Source: Rebecca billardiae RCC1528 (Eukaryota > Protista > Haptophyta). Taken from it: a stretch of 64,000 bases of DNA. The first letter of the stretch is position 1; every line of letters begins with the position of its first letter. A program made the translations under genes and the position numbers. Shown here one piece after another: positions 47,701 to 59,942 of the stretch. The notes beneath the pieces were generated by a model that had not been told where the DNA came from, did no database searches, and saw only the letters and a program-made list of their open reading frames with translations. The stretch is taken from the NCBI GenBank assembly GCA_965240325.2, contig OZ251227.1, forward strand, positions 3,348,001 through 3,412,000. The letters are read 5' to 3'.

Positions 47701-48027
47701 AATCCCGCCGCCGCCAGCCGATGACGGACTCAGCTAACCCGCCGCCGCGTGACCGCCGCCACCCAGCCATTGGCCGACACGTGCGAACAAGGTGCGCCAT
47801 GATGCTCGTTCCCGCCCTCCGCCCGAAAAACGACCAACGATTTCCACGGAGCCTACGGCTATGCTCGGACTGCACTACTGCCACTGCCATCAAAGCGGCG
47901 AGTGTAGCTTGTAGATATCCCCCATACACTTACGTAGGCAACAGCCAACAGGGCCCCGGGTTGACACACCGACACGCCGCCCCCCGGTCGCTGCCGGACG
48001 GCCGCCGTTGGGCCCCGCGCCAGAGTG

Positions 48028-49485
48028 TCAGCCATCATCTGAGAGTGCGGCTTCGCCTTCCCCGGCGTCCCGCCGCCGACCAGTGGCCCGAGTGGCCGGT
48101 CCGGCCAGTAGTGAGTTTGGTTGCCGAGTCGCCGGCTCGGCCTGGCGGCCGGGCTTGACCGCCACCCGCGGGAAGGCACCCGTCGGCGGCCGCTGTTGCC
48201 ACACCACGAGCGCGCTCCCGCGCTTCGAGCGCCGCCCCCTGCCGCCGCCCACCTGCACCATCGCGGTGCGGTTGTTCTTACTGCCGAGTTTATTCCGCGC
48301 GCGCTTGGTTGTCGGCTTGATCACTCTCGCGTTCACGTCCGTGATGGGCGTGGGCGCGGGCAGCCCGAGCGAGACGTTGCACGCGTGCCACTTGCGCGCG
48401 AAGGGCTGCCGCCGGGCCTCGGCCCACCACAGCTCGGCCACGAGCGGCATCGGCAGCTGCGCGCCCGGCCGCGGGCCCAGCGCCGCCGCGATCGCCTCCG
48501 TCGCCGCTGCGTACCCGGCGCCTCCGTAGATTGCTGCATACGGTAGCCGCCACGGCTTGAGGTTGCCGTTCCAGTGGAGCAAGCCGCCCTGCGCCTTGGC
48601 GAAGGCCATCGCCTCGAGCGCCTTCGAGCCGCGCAGCGAGGGCACGCCCGGCGCGCCGAGGAACCCCACGTTCCACCGCGGGCCCAGCGGGTTGATTCGG
48701 TCGTCCAGCACGAGATGCAGCTCCGGCTGACCCGCCAGCTGCCACAGGCAGCTGCGGTTGTGCTCGAGCGTGAGCGCGTGCCACCGGTCGAGGTAGCCGC
48801 CGCCGCGCCAGCGCTCGAGGTCGAAGAGCGTCACGCCCGCGTTGATCGTGCGCAGGCGCGGGTCGGTGAGCGTCATGCGCTCCGAGCGGCTCCCGCCCAC
48901 CCACCACCGCGCGTACCGCGGGTGGTCGGCGCACAGGTGTTTGTACAGCGGCTCTTCAAATCTCACCGACCAGATCGGGCTGCCCGCGTCGGTGCGCCGC
49001 GCCTCCTCGAAGAGGAGCGAGATGTCCACGCGCGCGATGATGTCGCAGTCGACCCACAGGAACCGCGTCGCGCCCGCCAGGTCGTCCGGCGTCAGGTAGA
49101 AGCGCACCCAGTTGTACGGACTCCCGAGCTCGTCCGGGCGCGACGCGCTCGCGGTCACAATGTTCGGGTGCCACGCGGACGGGTCGAAGACGCGGAGGTG
49201 CAGCCCCGCGCTCCGACGGCGCAGCGCCTCGTACAGCGGCACGCGCGAGGCCCGCGGCCGCCCCTGGATGCAGTTGAAGAGCGCGCGCGCGGCCGCCTCG
49301 TCCTCGCGCAGCACGAGCACGTGGATGTTGAGCTGCGAGCGGCTCGCGTTGTGGTGGAAGACGAGCGAGTTCACGAGCGTGGTGAGCGCGCGGCTCTGGT
49401 GCAGGCTGCACCCGCACGCGACGTGGACCTCCGGCCGGCGAGGAGGCAGCGCGAGGAGGGCGACGAGGAGCGCGGGATGCAGCAT
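48028..49485 (-). CDS. Glycosyltransferase family 8 (GAUT/GATL-like)
   Basis: Signal anchor, NWVRFYL, FLWVDCDII (DxD), INAGVTLFDLERWR, LAGQP, RWNVGFLG, LLHWNGNLKPW. Confidence 0.9.
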   Translation of the reverse strand: MLHPALLVALLALPPRRPEVHVACGCSLHQSRALTTLVNSLVFHHNASRSQLNIHVLVLREDEAAARALFNCIQGRPRASRVPLYEALRRRSAGLHLRVFDPSAWHPNIVTASASRPDELGSPYNWVRFYLTPDDLAGATRFLWVDCDIIARVDISLLFEEARRTDAGSPIWSVRFEEPLYKHLCADHPRYARWWVGGSRSERMTLTDPRLRTINAGVTLFDLERWRGGGYLDRWHALTLEHNRSCLWQLAGQPELHLVLDDRINPLGPRWNVGFLGAPGVPSLRGSKALEAMAFAKAQGGLLHWNGNLKPWRLPYAAIYGGAGYAAATEAIAAALGPRPGAQLPMPLVAELWWAEARRQPFARKWHACNVSLGLPAPTPITDVNARVIKPTTKRARNKLGSKNNRTAMVQVGGGRGRRSKRGSALVVWQQRPPTGAFPRVAVKPGRQAEPATRQPNSLLAGPATRATGRRRDAGEGEAALSDDG

Positions 49486-49852
49486 GAGATCCCTCCCTGC
49501 CCGATGAATAAATCATGCTGCGCAAAAAGCATCAGCCGACGAAAGCGGATTGTATTCGTCAGCACGTACTTTTCATCACCTTTGAATAGGCGGCCGGCGC
49601 ACGATTGTATTAGATACAGTACGTCGTGGTCGCGGTTCGTTCAGGCGACGCGCTCATCGTCGGCTTGGCCGATTGGGCACCGCTCCGACTGGCCGACTCC
49701 GTCACTCCGCGTGGGACAGCGCAAAGCGCTGGCGCCGGCCCGGGGCCGGGCGGAGGTTGTAGTCACAGTCCGAAACGCGCGTTCGTCACAGTGATGCTGA
49801 TATAGTTATTGACGTACTCAGATGGCGTGCCGCGCTGTCAACACTGACACTG

Positions 49853-50827
49853 TCACCCAACTCTACCCCTCGCTCGCAGCAAGCACCTCGGGACCGGGCT
49901 GCGCCGAAAGTCCTGCTCAAAGCGCGCGCGCGCGTGCGCGTAGACCTGCTCGTCGTACCGCGTGAGCGCGGCTATCGCGTCCTGGGCCTCGGCGCTGACG
50001 GTGGGCACGGTGGACTTGGTGTTGGTGCCGTGGTCCTTTTTGCTCAGCGTCTCGCCGCTGCGCGCGCCGGCGCACGTGCACGGCACGGGGGGCGGCATGC
50101 GCGGCCAGATGTAGTGGACCGCGAGGCAGAAGGCCGCGGTGTACTGCTCCAGAATGCCGACGAAGAAGGCCGCGTCGAGTCTCGCCTTCGCCCGCGCGGT
50201 CGCGTTCCGGACGAGGGTGCCGTAGCCCGACGCGGACGCCAGCGCGCCGCTCGGCTCCGGCGGGGCCGTCAGGTGCGCCGTCTGCATGTTGTACGCGTGC
50301 CAGCCCGTCTGCCGCTGCCCGGCGGTCGCGTGCTGCGCGCGCAGCCAGGCCTCGAGCGTCGGCCGCTCCGCGCTCGGCACGAAGCGGTGGACGTGCGCGT
50401 AGTGGCTGACCACGTGCGCCGACGGCAAGCGCAGCATCAGCAGCACGCGCACCGGCGGCAGCCCCCGCTGGACGCCGATCCGCGCCAGGCTCGGGCGCAG
50501 GGGCAGCTCGCACGACGCGAAGCCGCAGGGCTGGGCCGGCGCCACCTGCCGCAGCGTCTTGTGCAGCACGTCGAGCGACGTGTTCGGGAAGCGCAGCTGG
50601 GCCCCCCAGCACAGGTTGATGTTTCCGCACTTGCGCAACGTGCCGTCGCCCATCGCCTTGGCCGTGCGCCAGAGATCGACATTGAGGCTGCTGCCGCCGG
50701 TCTTGGGGCAGTGCGCGAGGAAGTAGTACGCGTGCGGTCTACTCACGCCCAGCACGGGCGCCGCAAGCAGGCCGACGGCGAGCAGCCGCAGCGCCGAAGG
50801 GCGTTGAGGCCGCGCCGCCCCCCCCAT
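49853..50827 (-). CDS. Sulfotransferase (Golgi-type)
   Basis: Signal segment, FLAHCPKTGGSSL, MLRLPSAHVVSHY, FFVGILEQY, YDEQVYAHARARF. Confidence 0.8.
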   Translation of the reverse strand: MGGAARPQRPSALRLLAVGLLAAPVLGVSRPHAYYFLAHCPKTGGSSLNVDLWRTAKAMGDGTLRKCGNINLCWGAQLRFPNTSLDVLHKTLRQVAPAQPCGFASCELPLRPSLARIGVQRGLPPVRVLLMLRLPSAHVVSHYAHVHRFVPSAERPTLEAWLRAQHATAGQRQTGWHAYNMQTAHLTAPPEPSGALASASGYGTLVRNATARAKARLDAAFFVGILEQYTAAFCLAVHYIWPRMPPPVPCTCAGARSGETLSKKDHGTNTKSTVPTVSAEAQDAIAALTRYDEQVYAHARARFEQDFRRSPVPRCLLRARGRVG

Positions 50828-53800
50828 CGTGTGCATCCCCAGTGACAAGCTCAAAGCAGCGAAGCGGGGGCCGACCGCCGCCGGAGGCCGGACCGGGAGG
50901 GCGAGGTCCCGAAAATATGGCGGCGCGACAGCCGACGGGCCGCAGGTGTGCGGGCTCTATGCAAGCTTGCCGCATCAGCAACTCGCGCGCGAGGAAGGAG
51001 GCGTGATGGGCGCGGCGGCGGCACAGCCTGGGAACGGGCGGACGTTGTCATTGCTGTCTGCGCGAACCAACGGCAGGGTCACAGCGCGCGGCAGGTCGGG
51101 CGGCGTGACTCGTGAGACTGAGAGTGCCGGCCGGCCCCCCCCCCCCAAAGTGGCCGCCTTTGGCCGCGCGCCGACTTGGGAGTCTACGCTGCGCGTGCCC
51201 CGTCTCGTGCCCCACCGGCCGCGCGCTCACTTGTCGACGTTCTTCGCGACCGCACGTTCAGCACTGCCCGACCCCCGACCTCGTCCGGGCAGGGGGTGGG
51301 AGCGTCTGGAATGGGCAGACGCGAATTCGCCGAATTCGCCGACGCCCGACGAATATTAATGGTGAATTTCGGCGAATCGAACATTTCCGCATGCACCATA
51401 TCACCACCCCAACGGCACGAGAGGCTACGAGTGTCATACGTATGACGCGTGGCACAGCCCGTCGACTACCAGAGACCGTGCCCAAAGCTGTGGCGCCTCT
51501 GTGCAGCCTAGCTCTGACACGGCCCTTGGCTCTGAGACGCGCGCGGCTTGGTTCACACTTGCGCGCCGCAGGACGTGTGGGCTGTGAGGCGTGACTCGGG
51601 CTCGGACCGACGGACCTCGGCCGCCAGCTTCCTCAGCCTTCGCTATGTTGGCGGCGTGGCCCACTGCATGCGTGCCAGGAAGCAGTGCGTTCGAGTCTGC
51701 CGCGCCACCCGGCGAATGCCATTCTCACCGACCCCACCACCAAGCCCGGCGCGCAGCTGTCCGTCGACCTTGATTCTTACGTTGCTCTGCATGCCGGGAG
51801 TGTGCGCGCAACGGCCGCGCCAGCTCGCCAAACGCCTGAGGCCTCGTCGGAGCGCACGCCGTATCACTCGTAGTGAAGATGCGCTACGTGCCCCTGAGCG
51901 TCACCGACGCGTGCAAGGCCCAGCTGCTCGGGGCCGCCTAAGTCAACGCAGCGTCGCCAAGCGGCGAGCCGGGTGGTTCCACTAGACTCGCCCTCTCTAC
52001 GCCGGACGACTGGCTGCTGCCGCCGCTGTGGAGGCATTCAAGCGCCGAGCGCATCGTACTTGGCAGCCCGCTGGGCGAGTTCCGTCGTACGCCGCTCGCC
52101 TCGGCGCGGTGGGCGTACACACGGCGGCGCGCGGGTCGCGCTCCCACGATGCCGAGGCGGCCGCCGGCCGCCGGGAGAAAATGAGTCGGCCGGAAAATCG
52201 GGGCATTTCGCGATCGACATCCAACCACGAATCAGGAGACCCGCGTCGTCCTACCTGTGTCGTTAAATCATAGAATGGGTCCAGACCTCAGGATTTGGGA
52301 AACTCGGAAAATGAGAGAAATTCAAAACCCGCCGCGTGCGCCCGCCACAGCCATCCGCCGCGAGGCGCCGCCCGCTGCCGCGCCGCCGCAGTCGTAGACG
52401 TGCACGCGGCGATGGCGCACGCGGTCGGGCAGAGGCATAGAGCCTTTCTGCGCCGCCCTGCGCCGGGCAACTCGCGTCTGACCATCTTCTCGGCGCCTTG
52501 AGCCCGCACGGGCGTGTGCGCCGCCTCTCGGCTTCAGCCGTGCTGTCGTCCCCGCAAAGTATGCGCGCGCTGAGCGCAACCCGAGGCGCGCATCCCAGGA
52601 CGGCGTGAGCCATGTGACAGTACGGTCGTGGGCGCGCGCCATGGTGCCCAGCGGCTTCACGTGCGTGCCTCTTTGCTGCCTCGGCAGGCAAGGCGCGGCA
52701 TGGCTCTGGCTGAATGTGGCGGCGGCGCACGCTCGCGCTCTCGCGGGCCTGCAGCTGACCGTCGAGGTGCGAGGGCGCGAAGCGCTGCGCCACGCGCAAG
52801 CGACAGTAGTTCACCGCTTCGCTACCGCCCCGCTGCGTCCCATCGGAAGATCTACTGGACTTCGCGCGGCCTCGCCCTCGCGGCGGAAGGCGAGAGCGAG
52901 GTGGCGGCGGGAGCGTCCGCCCCAGCGCGCGCCAACCTGACGAAACCCGAAATCTGCACGCCAGTGGGCCGCCCACTGGCGTGCGAATCGGCGAATTCTT
53001 CGGGGAATTTGCCAATTTGGTATTCTATGCTCTTTCGAAAAGAAAAGATGTTTCTCTCTCATAACCGTACAGCGCCGGGAGACTCACGGGAGACTCACTC
53101 AACTTTAATGGTCGGTCCCGGGCGCAAGGTTGGTGCGCAGGCGACAAGAATTGGCTCACATTTAGCGTCTCGGAGATCTCCTTCGGACACTCCGCGGGTT
53201 GGTTGCGCTCCGCTGCCGCCCGCGCGCGCTAAAATTCATTCTTTAAAATAGGGTTTTCAGTGCACGAAGAACCAAGCGAAGAACATGACTCCAACGGGCA
53301 AAAAAGAGCAAAATCAACAGATTTGCGGAGCTTCCCGTAGGCTATGAAGGGCACGGTGCAGGCGAGTGATGCGGGCGCTCCATGGCCATGTCGGCCGTCG
53401 CGGATGGCGTCAACGCACGCCACATGCTCAAGACACATGCTCACTCGCACACACTTGGGTTGGGCGGGGCGAGACCGCGCTCGCGCAGCCGATCGACACT
53501 CAACGACGCTTGTGCGTTGCGACTGCTTTGACACAGCGAACGGCAGGGTGCAGACTCGAGATGTGAGGGTCATGCGGGCTTGGACTCGTAGCCAGTACCC
53601 ACTGGCGGCAGCCTGCATGCCGCGCGTACTCGTCCGGACGCGAACTCGTACATCGAGCGGCCAAACTGCTGCGCGAGTCGCCGCCCCAAGTCACAAGCTC
53701 GCCATGGATCGCAGAGCCCGCGTAATCTCGGCGCTGTACGGATAAGATCTCCTCATCACGCTGTCCTAAAAGCACCGTTTCGGCCTGACGAATGCCGCTT

Positions 53801-53884
53801 CGCATGAATCACACAGCCTGATTTTACTCCGAGTGAGAACTACGGAGGGCTCCTCGGCTGCTTGCGTCCACACGACGGGCGACC

Positions 53885-56871
53885 ATGTCGACGGTGCGCC
53901 CGAGCCCTGCCGACACCGACGACGGTGCTGGCGTGGTTGACCTGGCCAGCGAGAGCGGTGATAGCCTCGAGGCCGAGCCCGAGCCCGCGACGCTCACGCG
54001 CTGGGGCCGGTTCAGCGACGCGAAGCTTGAGGAGCGCTTCTGCGCGCACCAGCTCGGTGCGCTCACCTCGACGTTCCTCCGGCTCGTGTGCTGCATGGCG
54101 GTGGCGAACTTGATCCTCCTCACCGCCGCGCTCATCACGCGCGGCCGCCTCACGCCCATCAACCTCGTCCCCAACCTCGCGGTGTTTGCGTGGGCGGTCG
54201 TCGTCGGCTGCACCGCGTACAGAGCGCCGCGCTCGCGCGCGCTCAAGCAGCTCGCCTCGGCGCGCGCGCGGCTGGCGCTGCTCGAGCTGATGTGCGCGTC
54301 GCTCCTCGTCACCTTCATCCTCCGGCTCACCACCTTCTCCTTTGGCCGGGCGAGCATCGTCTTCCCGCCGAGCGCGGCGGAGCAGGCTTTCGAGTCTGGG
54401 CCTGCCGCGGGCGATGCGGACCGGCCGACGGAGCAGCTGGGTTCGCACCTGATGCGCGTGTGGGCGTTCGTGATCGTCGGCGCGCTGCACACGCCGCTGC
54501 ACGCCGAGACCATGCTCAGCGTCGCCATGGCCGGGCTGCTCGCCATCCTTTGCGCGCACCGTGTGCGGCCAATCACACTCTCGTATCAAGGCCGCACGGG
54601 CGACGTGGCGGCGTGCGCGCTCCTCGCGACGCTGCTCGCGCTGGGCGTGCTGTGGCGCTCGCGCACCGACCGGCACGTGTGGCACTTCCGCCGCGCGGTC
54701 ATGGAGGCCGCGCGCAACTGGCGCGACGCCGAGCGCGCGCAGCTCGATGCGCGCGCGCGCGCGACGCGCGCGGAGGCGGCCAAGCATGCACGCTCGCGCC
54801 TCATGCGGATGGTGCGCGCGCGCGCCGACGGCGCGGGGACGCGCGCGTGCGCTGGCCCCACGGCCTCCCGCGCGCGCCCTCGTCGCCGCCCTCTTCTCAC
54901 ACGCCTCTGCGCGCTCTCCCTGCGGATGACGCGCTGCTGTGTTTTTTCATATTTGATCGTCTGCTGTTTTGATATTCGTGGTATTGGTCTGCCGCCGACT
55001 GTCTCTGTGTGTGTCTGACTGTCCCTGTGTGTGTCTGACTGTCCCTGTGTGTGTCTGTGCGTGCGCGGCTGTGCTCGAATCATCATACTGTCTCATCACC
55101 CTCTGCATGCCGCGGCTGCACCGTGCGTCGGCGGTTCTCGCGTGCTCGCCTCCGCGGCGCCGCCGCTCCTTGCGCCCGGAGCACAGGTGATGCATGACCT
55201 CCGCTCGCCACTGCTCTCGGTCGCCAACAGCGCGCACGTGCTGGCCGAGCTGCCGCCAGAGACCGCGCTCGCCGAGCCGAGCGCCGCGGCGTGTGTGCGC
55301 GCGTGCGGCGTGTGCGCGGCGCTGATGGAGACCATCGTCTCCGACCTGCTCGACTTCGAGCGGATCGACAGCGGCCGGCTCAACCTGGTGCTAGAGCCGT
55401 TCTCCCTGGCTGGCCTCGTGCGCGTCGCGTGCGAGACGTTTGCGGGGCTGGCCGCGCAGCGCTCGGTGCGGCTGGTCGCGGAGCCGCTGCCGCCGCTCGC
55501 GCTCGAGGCGAGCTGCGTGGGCGACGTGCATCGACTGCAGCAATGTGCGCGCGCGCACGCGCCGCCCTCGCGCCGACGCGCCGGCCTGCGCTGATCTCTC
55601 GGCTCCGCCGCGCGCGCGCGCGCGGCGGGTGGCGGCACGCGCGCGCAGGCCTCAACAACGGGCTTAGCAATGCGCTCAAGTTCACGCCGGACGGCGGAGT
55701 GATTGGCGTCGGCTGCGCGGTCGAGCGCGCCGCGCCGCAGCCGGACGGCGCGGACGCGTGGGCGGTTCGGATCAGCGTGCGCGACAGCGGCGCGGGCATG
55801 TCTGCGCAGGAGCTGCAGCTGCTGCTACACGGCGATTCGTTCACACAGGTGGGCCAGGGGCAGCTGCAGGGCTCCGCTGGCACCGGCCTCGGCCTGACGA
55901 TCGTGAAGCACATTCTGCAGCTGCACGGGCCCGGCTGCTCGCTCCAAATCGCTTCGGCCGGGCACGGCCACGGCACCACCTTCACGCTGCACCTCCTGCT
56001 GCCCGCGCACACCGCCGCCGCCGACGGCCAGGCGCGCCGCGCGGCCGACGCCGACGCCGGCGCTGCTCGGGGCACGCCGACGCCCAGCGCGCCGCTCCGC
56101 TTCCCACCGGACTTCCGGGTGCTGTACGTCGAGGTGAGACGCGCGGCCGCCCTCACCCGCACCCCCTAACCCCACCGCGCCGCGCGCGGAAGGGGCGCGC
56201 GTCGCGCGCGGACGGGAGCGGCGGGCTCGCGCGCTTGCGCTCACTCGGCCGGCGCGCGCCGTGCGCGCGCGCGCTCGCGCTCGCGCGCGCAGGACGACGC
56301 GCTCCTGCGCAAGTCGGTGCACCTCCGCGTGTTTGCCAAGCTGGGGGCGCCGTACGACGTCGCGACCGACGGCGCGCAGGCGCTCGAGATGGCGACCTCG
56401 GCCGGGACCGACCGTTACGCCGGCCGTTACGCCGGCCGTTACGCCGTGGTGGTGCTGGACAATCAGATGCCGATCATGGGCGGCGACGCGGCGGCGCGCG
56501 AGCTCCGAGCGCGCGGGTACGGCGGCGTGATCATCGGGATGACCGGCGACCCGACCGGCTCGCCCGAGCGCGCCCGGTTCGAGGGCGCCGGGCTGAGCGA
56601 GTGTGTGGACAAGGACTCGGCCGGCATCGACCGGTTGCGCCGGCTGCTGCAGTCGTATGCGCTTGGCGCGGAGCTTGGCGCGGAGCCGGGCGGTGGCGGC
56701 GCGGCGGCGGCCGCGGCGGCGGGCGGCGGCGCGGAAGAGGACCAACCCACCGCCAAGCCGGAGCCCGCCGTGGCCCGCGCCAGACGCAGCAACGATTCGG
56801 AGGAGAGCCACCGGCTCACTCGCCTGACTGCCGCTTATGAGGCTGTCGCGAACACCGCTACGCACGTGTGA
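53885..56871 (+). CDS. Membrane-bound hybrid histidine kinase; exons 53885-54811, 55187-55544, 55649-56133, 56293-56871
   Basis: Multiple TM helices; H-box M|VMHDLRSPL; N-box LQQC|LNNGLSNALKFT; G1 VRDSGAGM; G2 GTGLGLTIV; receiver LYVE|DD..VVLDNQMP..GMTG..DK; all junctions GT-AG and in phase. Confidence 0.92.
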
Positions 56872-57212
56872 CGGCGAGGGCCGCACTCCCGCTGGCGGCC
56901 CTGGCGCGCTGCGGCGATGCTGCTGCCGGGCCGGGCGCGCGGTGATGTGGCCACGCCCGACAGCACCTCAGGCCAGATGAGGGCGGCCGGGGGTCGGCGG
57001 CCCACGAACGACGAAACGTGCCGCGGGCTGCACGGTGTGTCGGCCATCAGCTGAAACTACGACGGCGGTCAACACTCACAATACTGTACGTCACGTAACG
57101 TTACCTACCGTATCGCGGCCATCGGCCTCGGAGCGGGGTCACTGTGGCTAGGCCACCCGGGGAACGCAGGGCGCCATCGTGCCGACTCCCACGACAACCC
57201 GAGACGCGAGCC

Positions 57213-58286
57213 ATGCTGCTCGCACGGGCGCAAATAGCGAGGCTGGCCGCGTCGCTGGCGCGCAGCCCGTGGGCGGCGCCCGCGCGCGCGCTGTGCACGT
57301 GGCACACGTACAGCCGCCGCGTCGCGCTCCGCGCCACCGCCGCGTTCGCGCTCACCTCCGCCGCCGGCTCCGCGTGCGCGCTCGGCCTCGCCGCGTGGCT
57401 GCAGCACGACGAGCCGACCGACGCGGACGAGGTGCTGGTCGCGGCGTACCGGCTGCTGCCGTGGCGGCAGATCTCGCGGTGGGCGTCGGCGCTGTACGAC
57501 GCGCCGCTCCCGCGCTGGGCGCGCCGCCCCGTCCTCGGCGCGTACGCGCGCGCGTTCCGCGTGCAGCTGGATGAGTGCCACCCGTCCGAGCTCGATGCTT
57601 ACGGCTCGGTGGGCGAGCTGTTCGCGCGCTCGCTGCGGCCGGGCGCGCGCGCGGTGGACGCGGGCGCGCCGGTGGTCTCGCCCGTCGACGGCCTCGTCGT
57701 CTCCGCCGGCCGCGTCGTCGGCGAGCGCCTGCCCGCCGTCAAGGGCTTTTCTTACCCGCTGCCGCGGCTGCTCGCGTCGAGCGCGCACAAGGGGCGGAGC
57801 CTGTACCAGCTCACGTGCTACTTGGGGCCGGGCGACTACCACGGCTTCCATGCGCCGGCGGACGTGGCGCTGTCGGGCTCGCGGCACATCGCGGGCGAGC
57901 TCCTCTCCGTCCGCCCCGCCGTCCTCGGCAAGCTCCCGGCCACGCTGGCCGCCAACGAGCGAGTCATTCTCCACGGCGTGTGGGAGCGCGGCGCGTTTGC
58001 GCTGGCGGCGGTCGGCGCGACCGGCGTCGGCTCGATCGAGCTGTGCGTCGACCCGCGCGTGCGCACGAACGCGCCCGCCGCGCTGGCGGGCAGCGTGGTC
58101 GAGCGCGACGTGCCCCGCGCCTCCGCGCGCGCGCGCAAGGGGCAGCAGCTCGGTGGCTTCCGGCTGGGCTCGACGGTCGTCCTCGTGCTCGAGTGTGACG
58201 AAGCGTTGGAGTTTGCCGTGCGGCCGGGGGAGCGCGTGCGTGTCGGCCAGCGCGTCGCGTGGGTGCGCGGCGGCGCGGCGGCATAG
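57213..58286 (+). CDS. PSD1: Phosphatidylserine decarboxylase proenzyme (PSD1-like, mitochondrial)
   Basis: LFARSLRPGAR, VSPVDG, YLGPGDYHGFHAP, NERV, VGATGVGSI, FRLGSTVVL autocleavage motif; Arg-rich presequence plus TM. Confidence 0.92.
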   Translation: MLLARAQIARLAASLARSPWAAPARALCTWHTYSRRVALRATAAFALTSAAGSACALGLAAWLQHDEPTDADEVLVAAYRLLPWRQISRWASALYDAPLPRWARRPVLGAYARAFRVQLDECHPSELDAYGSVGELFARSLRPGARAVDAGAPVVSPVDGLVVSAGRVVGERLPAVKGFSYPLPRLLASSAHKGRSLYQLTCYLGPGDYHGFHAPADVALSGSRHIAGELLSVRPAVLGKLPATLAANERVILHGVWERGAFALAAVGATGVGSIELCVDPRVRTNAPAALAGSVVERDVPRASARARKGQQLGGFRLGSTVVLVLECDEALEFAVRPGERVRVGQRVAWVRGGAAA

Positions 58287-58741
58287 CCCGCGGGTCCGCC
58301 GCGCGGCGGGCGTGCCCGCGCCCAGCGGTCATCCGCCGTCTGGCCCAGCCGACATAATCTCGCGCCGGGCCAGTATGAGAATTCATGAGACCGCCTGTAT
58401 TCTTAGTTAGGCAGTCACCAGCTCGTGAACTGAGTTGAGTCCGAATGATACAGCGTACTGTATCATAGTACTGATATCAGTATTCCGTACGTACTGTACA
58501 AGCGGCAGTCAGTCTTCGCAAGGGCTTGCTGTAAGTACAGTAAGTCTAGACGCGCTGGACGAGCGCCACGTCGGCAGCCGGCGACGAAACATTTCGCGGA
58601 AACTGCCGGTCAAAAGCTGAGCTGTCTCACGTAGTCGCGCACCGGTCGCGCGCGGAGCAAGCCCGCTTCGAGTGCCAGCTCAGCACGTCCGGAAGCCGCC
58701 CGCCGCCGCCCGTCATGACGCCACGTCCGCCCGCCGCCACG

Positions 58742-59395
58742 ATGCTCCTCCCGCTCGCCCTGCTCGTCGCCGCGTCGCCAACGGCCAACGCCTGGTACGC
58801 CGAGCCGTACTACCACTACGCGCCGCTCGTGCCCTCCCCGCTCCAAGCCATGCTCGCCTCAGCGCGCAGCCCGTGGGAGTCGCCGTTTGCAGGCTGGCCG
58901 ACCGTCTCGCGCGTGCGGCGCGCGCCGAGCCCGCTGCTGGAGATGGTGCACGAGCTCGGCGAGCTGCTCGGTGACGCCGCGCGCACGCACGCGCAGATCA
59001 AGGTCCAGCACGACGACGACGGCGGGCTGCGCCTCGCCCTGCACGACCTGCCCGTCGACGAGGACGTGAAGGTCGAAGTGGACGGGCGCGCGCTCGTCGT
59101 CTCCGCCACCGCCGGCGAAGCGCGGTACCGCCGGACGATCGAGCTGCCCCGCCGCGTGGTCGACGCGTCGCACATCAGCGCGACCATCGAGCACGGCCTC
59201 GTCCATGTGCACGTCCCCGCCAGCGCCCTCGCCGCCCCTCCCAAGAGCACGTCAATCCCAGTCCGCCGCCTCGACTCGAAAGAGCCCGCGGCCGCGCTCA
59301 CCGACGCGGCAGACGGCGGCGAGGCGAAGGAGCAGGCCTCCGCAACGATTGTCGGCGGGGACAATGGCGCATCGGCACCACGCGTCGAGCAGTAG
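58742..59395 (+). CDS. Small heat-shock protein (HSP20) with signal peptide
   Basis: EDVKVEVDGRALVVSA, YRRTIELP, ISATIEHGLVHVHVP, IPV motif; start may be 58715. Confidence 0.8.
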   Translation: MLLPLALLVAASPTANAWYAEPYYHYAPLVPSPLQAMLASARSPWESPFAGWPTVSRVRRAPSPLLEMVHELGELLGDAARTHAQIKVQHDDDGGLRLALHDLPVDEDVKVEVDGRALVVSATAGEARYRRTIELPRRVVDASHISATIEHGLVHVHVPASALAAPPKSTSIPVRRLDSKEPAAALTDAADGGEAKEQASATIVGGDNGASAPRVEQ

Positions 59396-59893
59396 ATCGA
59401 CTGCCTGCTGCTACTTGACGCGGCTGCCCTCTGTGTCACTGAAGTACTCTTGCCCGGAGCCGCCGCGGGCCGCTCAGGATGATCACTCGCGCCTCGTCAG
59501 TCAGGCTCACGATCGAGCCACTGCTGAAGTCCTGCGCGACTCAGAGTCACTGCTGAGACTATACTCATAGCCCGCCAATACTGATAATGATGACACGGTG
59601 ACTGTTACGACTCATATATATCGGCGACGACGACGACGTATACTGATATTATTGACGGACGACGATTCGTTCATGATCGAGACTCGAGAGAGAGAGTAGT
59701 GTCTAGGACTACGTCTACGGTGACCGTCAGTGAGCCAGATCGAGAGCAGACTGATCTGTGATCAATAATATAAGTAACGGACGAGCTGCTGGGGGGGGGC
59801 GGGCGGGGGGGGGGGGACCGGAGCCGGAGCCCTGATCACTGATGAGTCGTCTCGGATTATTAGTCGTCGTCTCTCATAATAAGACGATATATT

Positions 59894-59942
59894 TAACGAC
59901 GTGGCAGCATCGGACAAGCGTCAGGCTCAGCCAGTGCAACAG
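59894..59942 (+). repeat. Diverged family D terminus
   Basis: TAACGACGTGGCAGCATCGGACAAGCGTCAGGCTCAG aligns with the start of the 6363 and 13101 copies. Confidence 0.6.
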
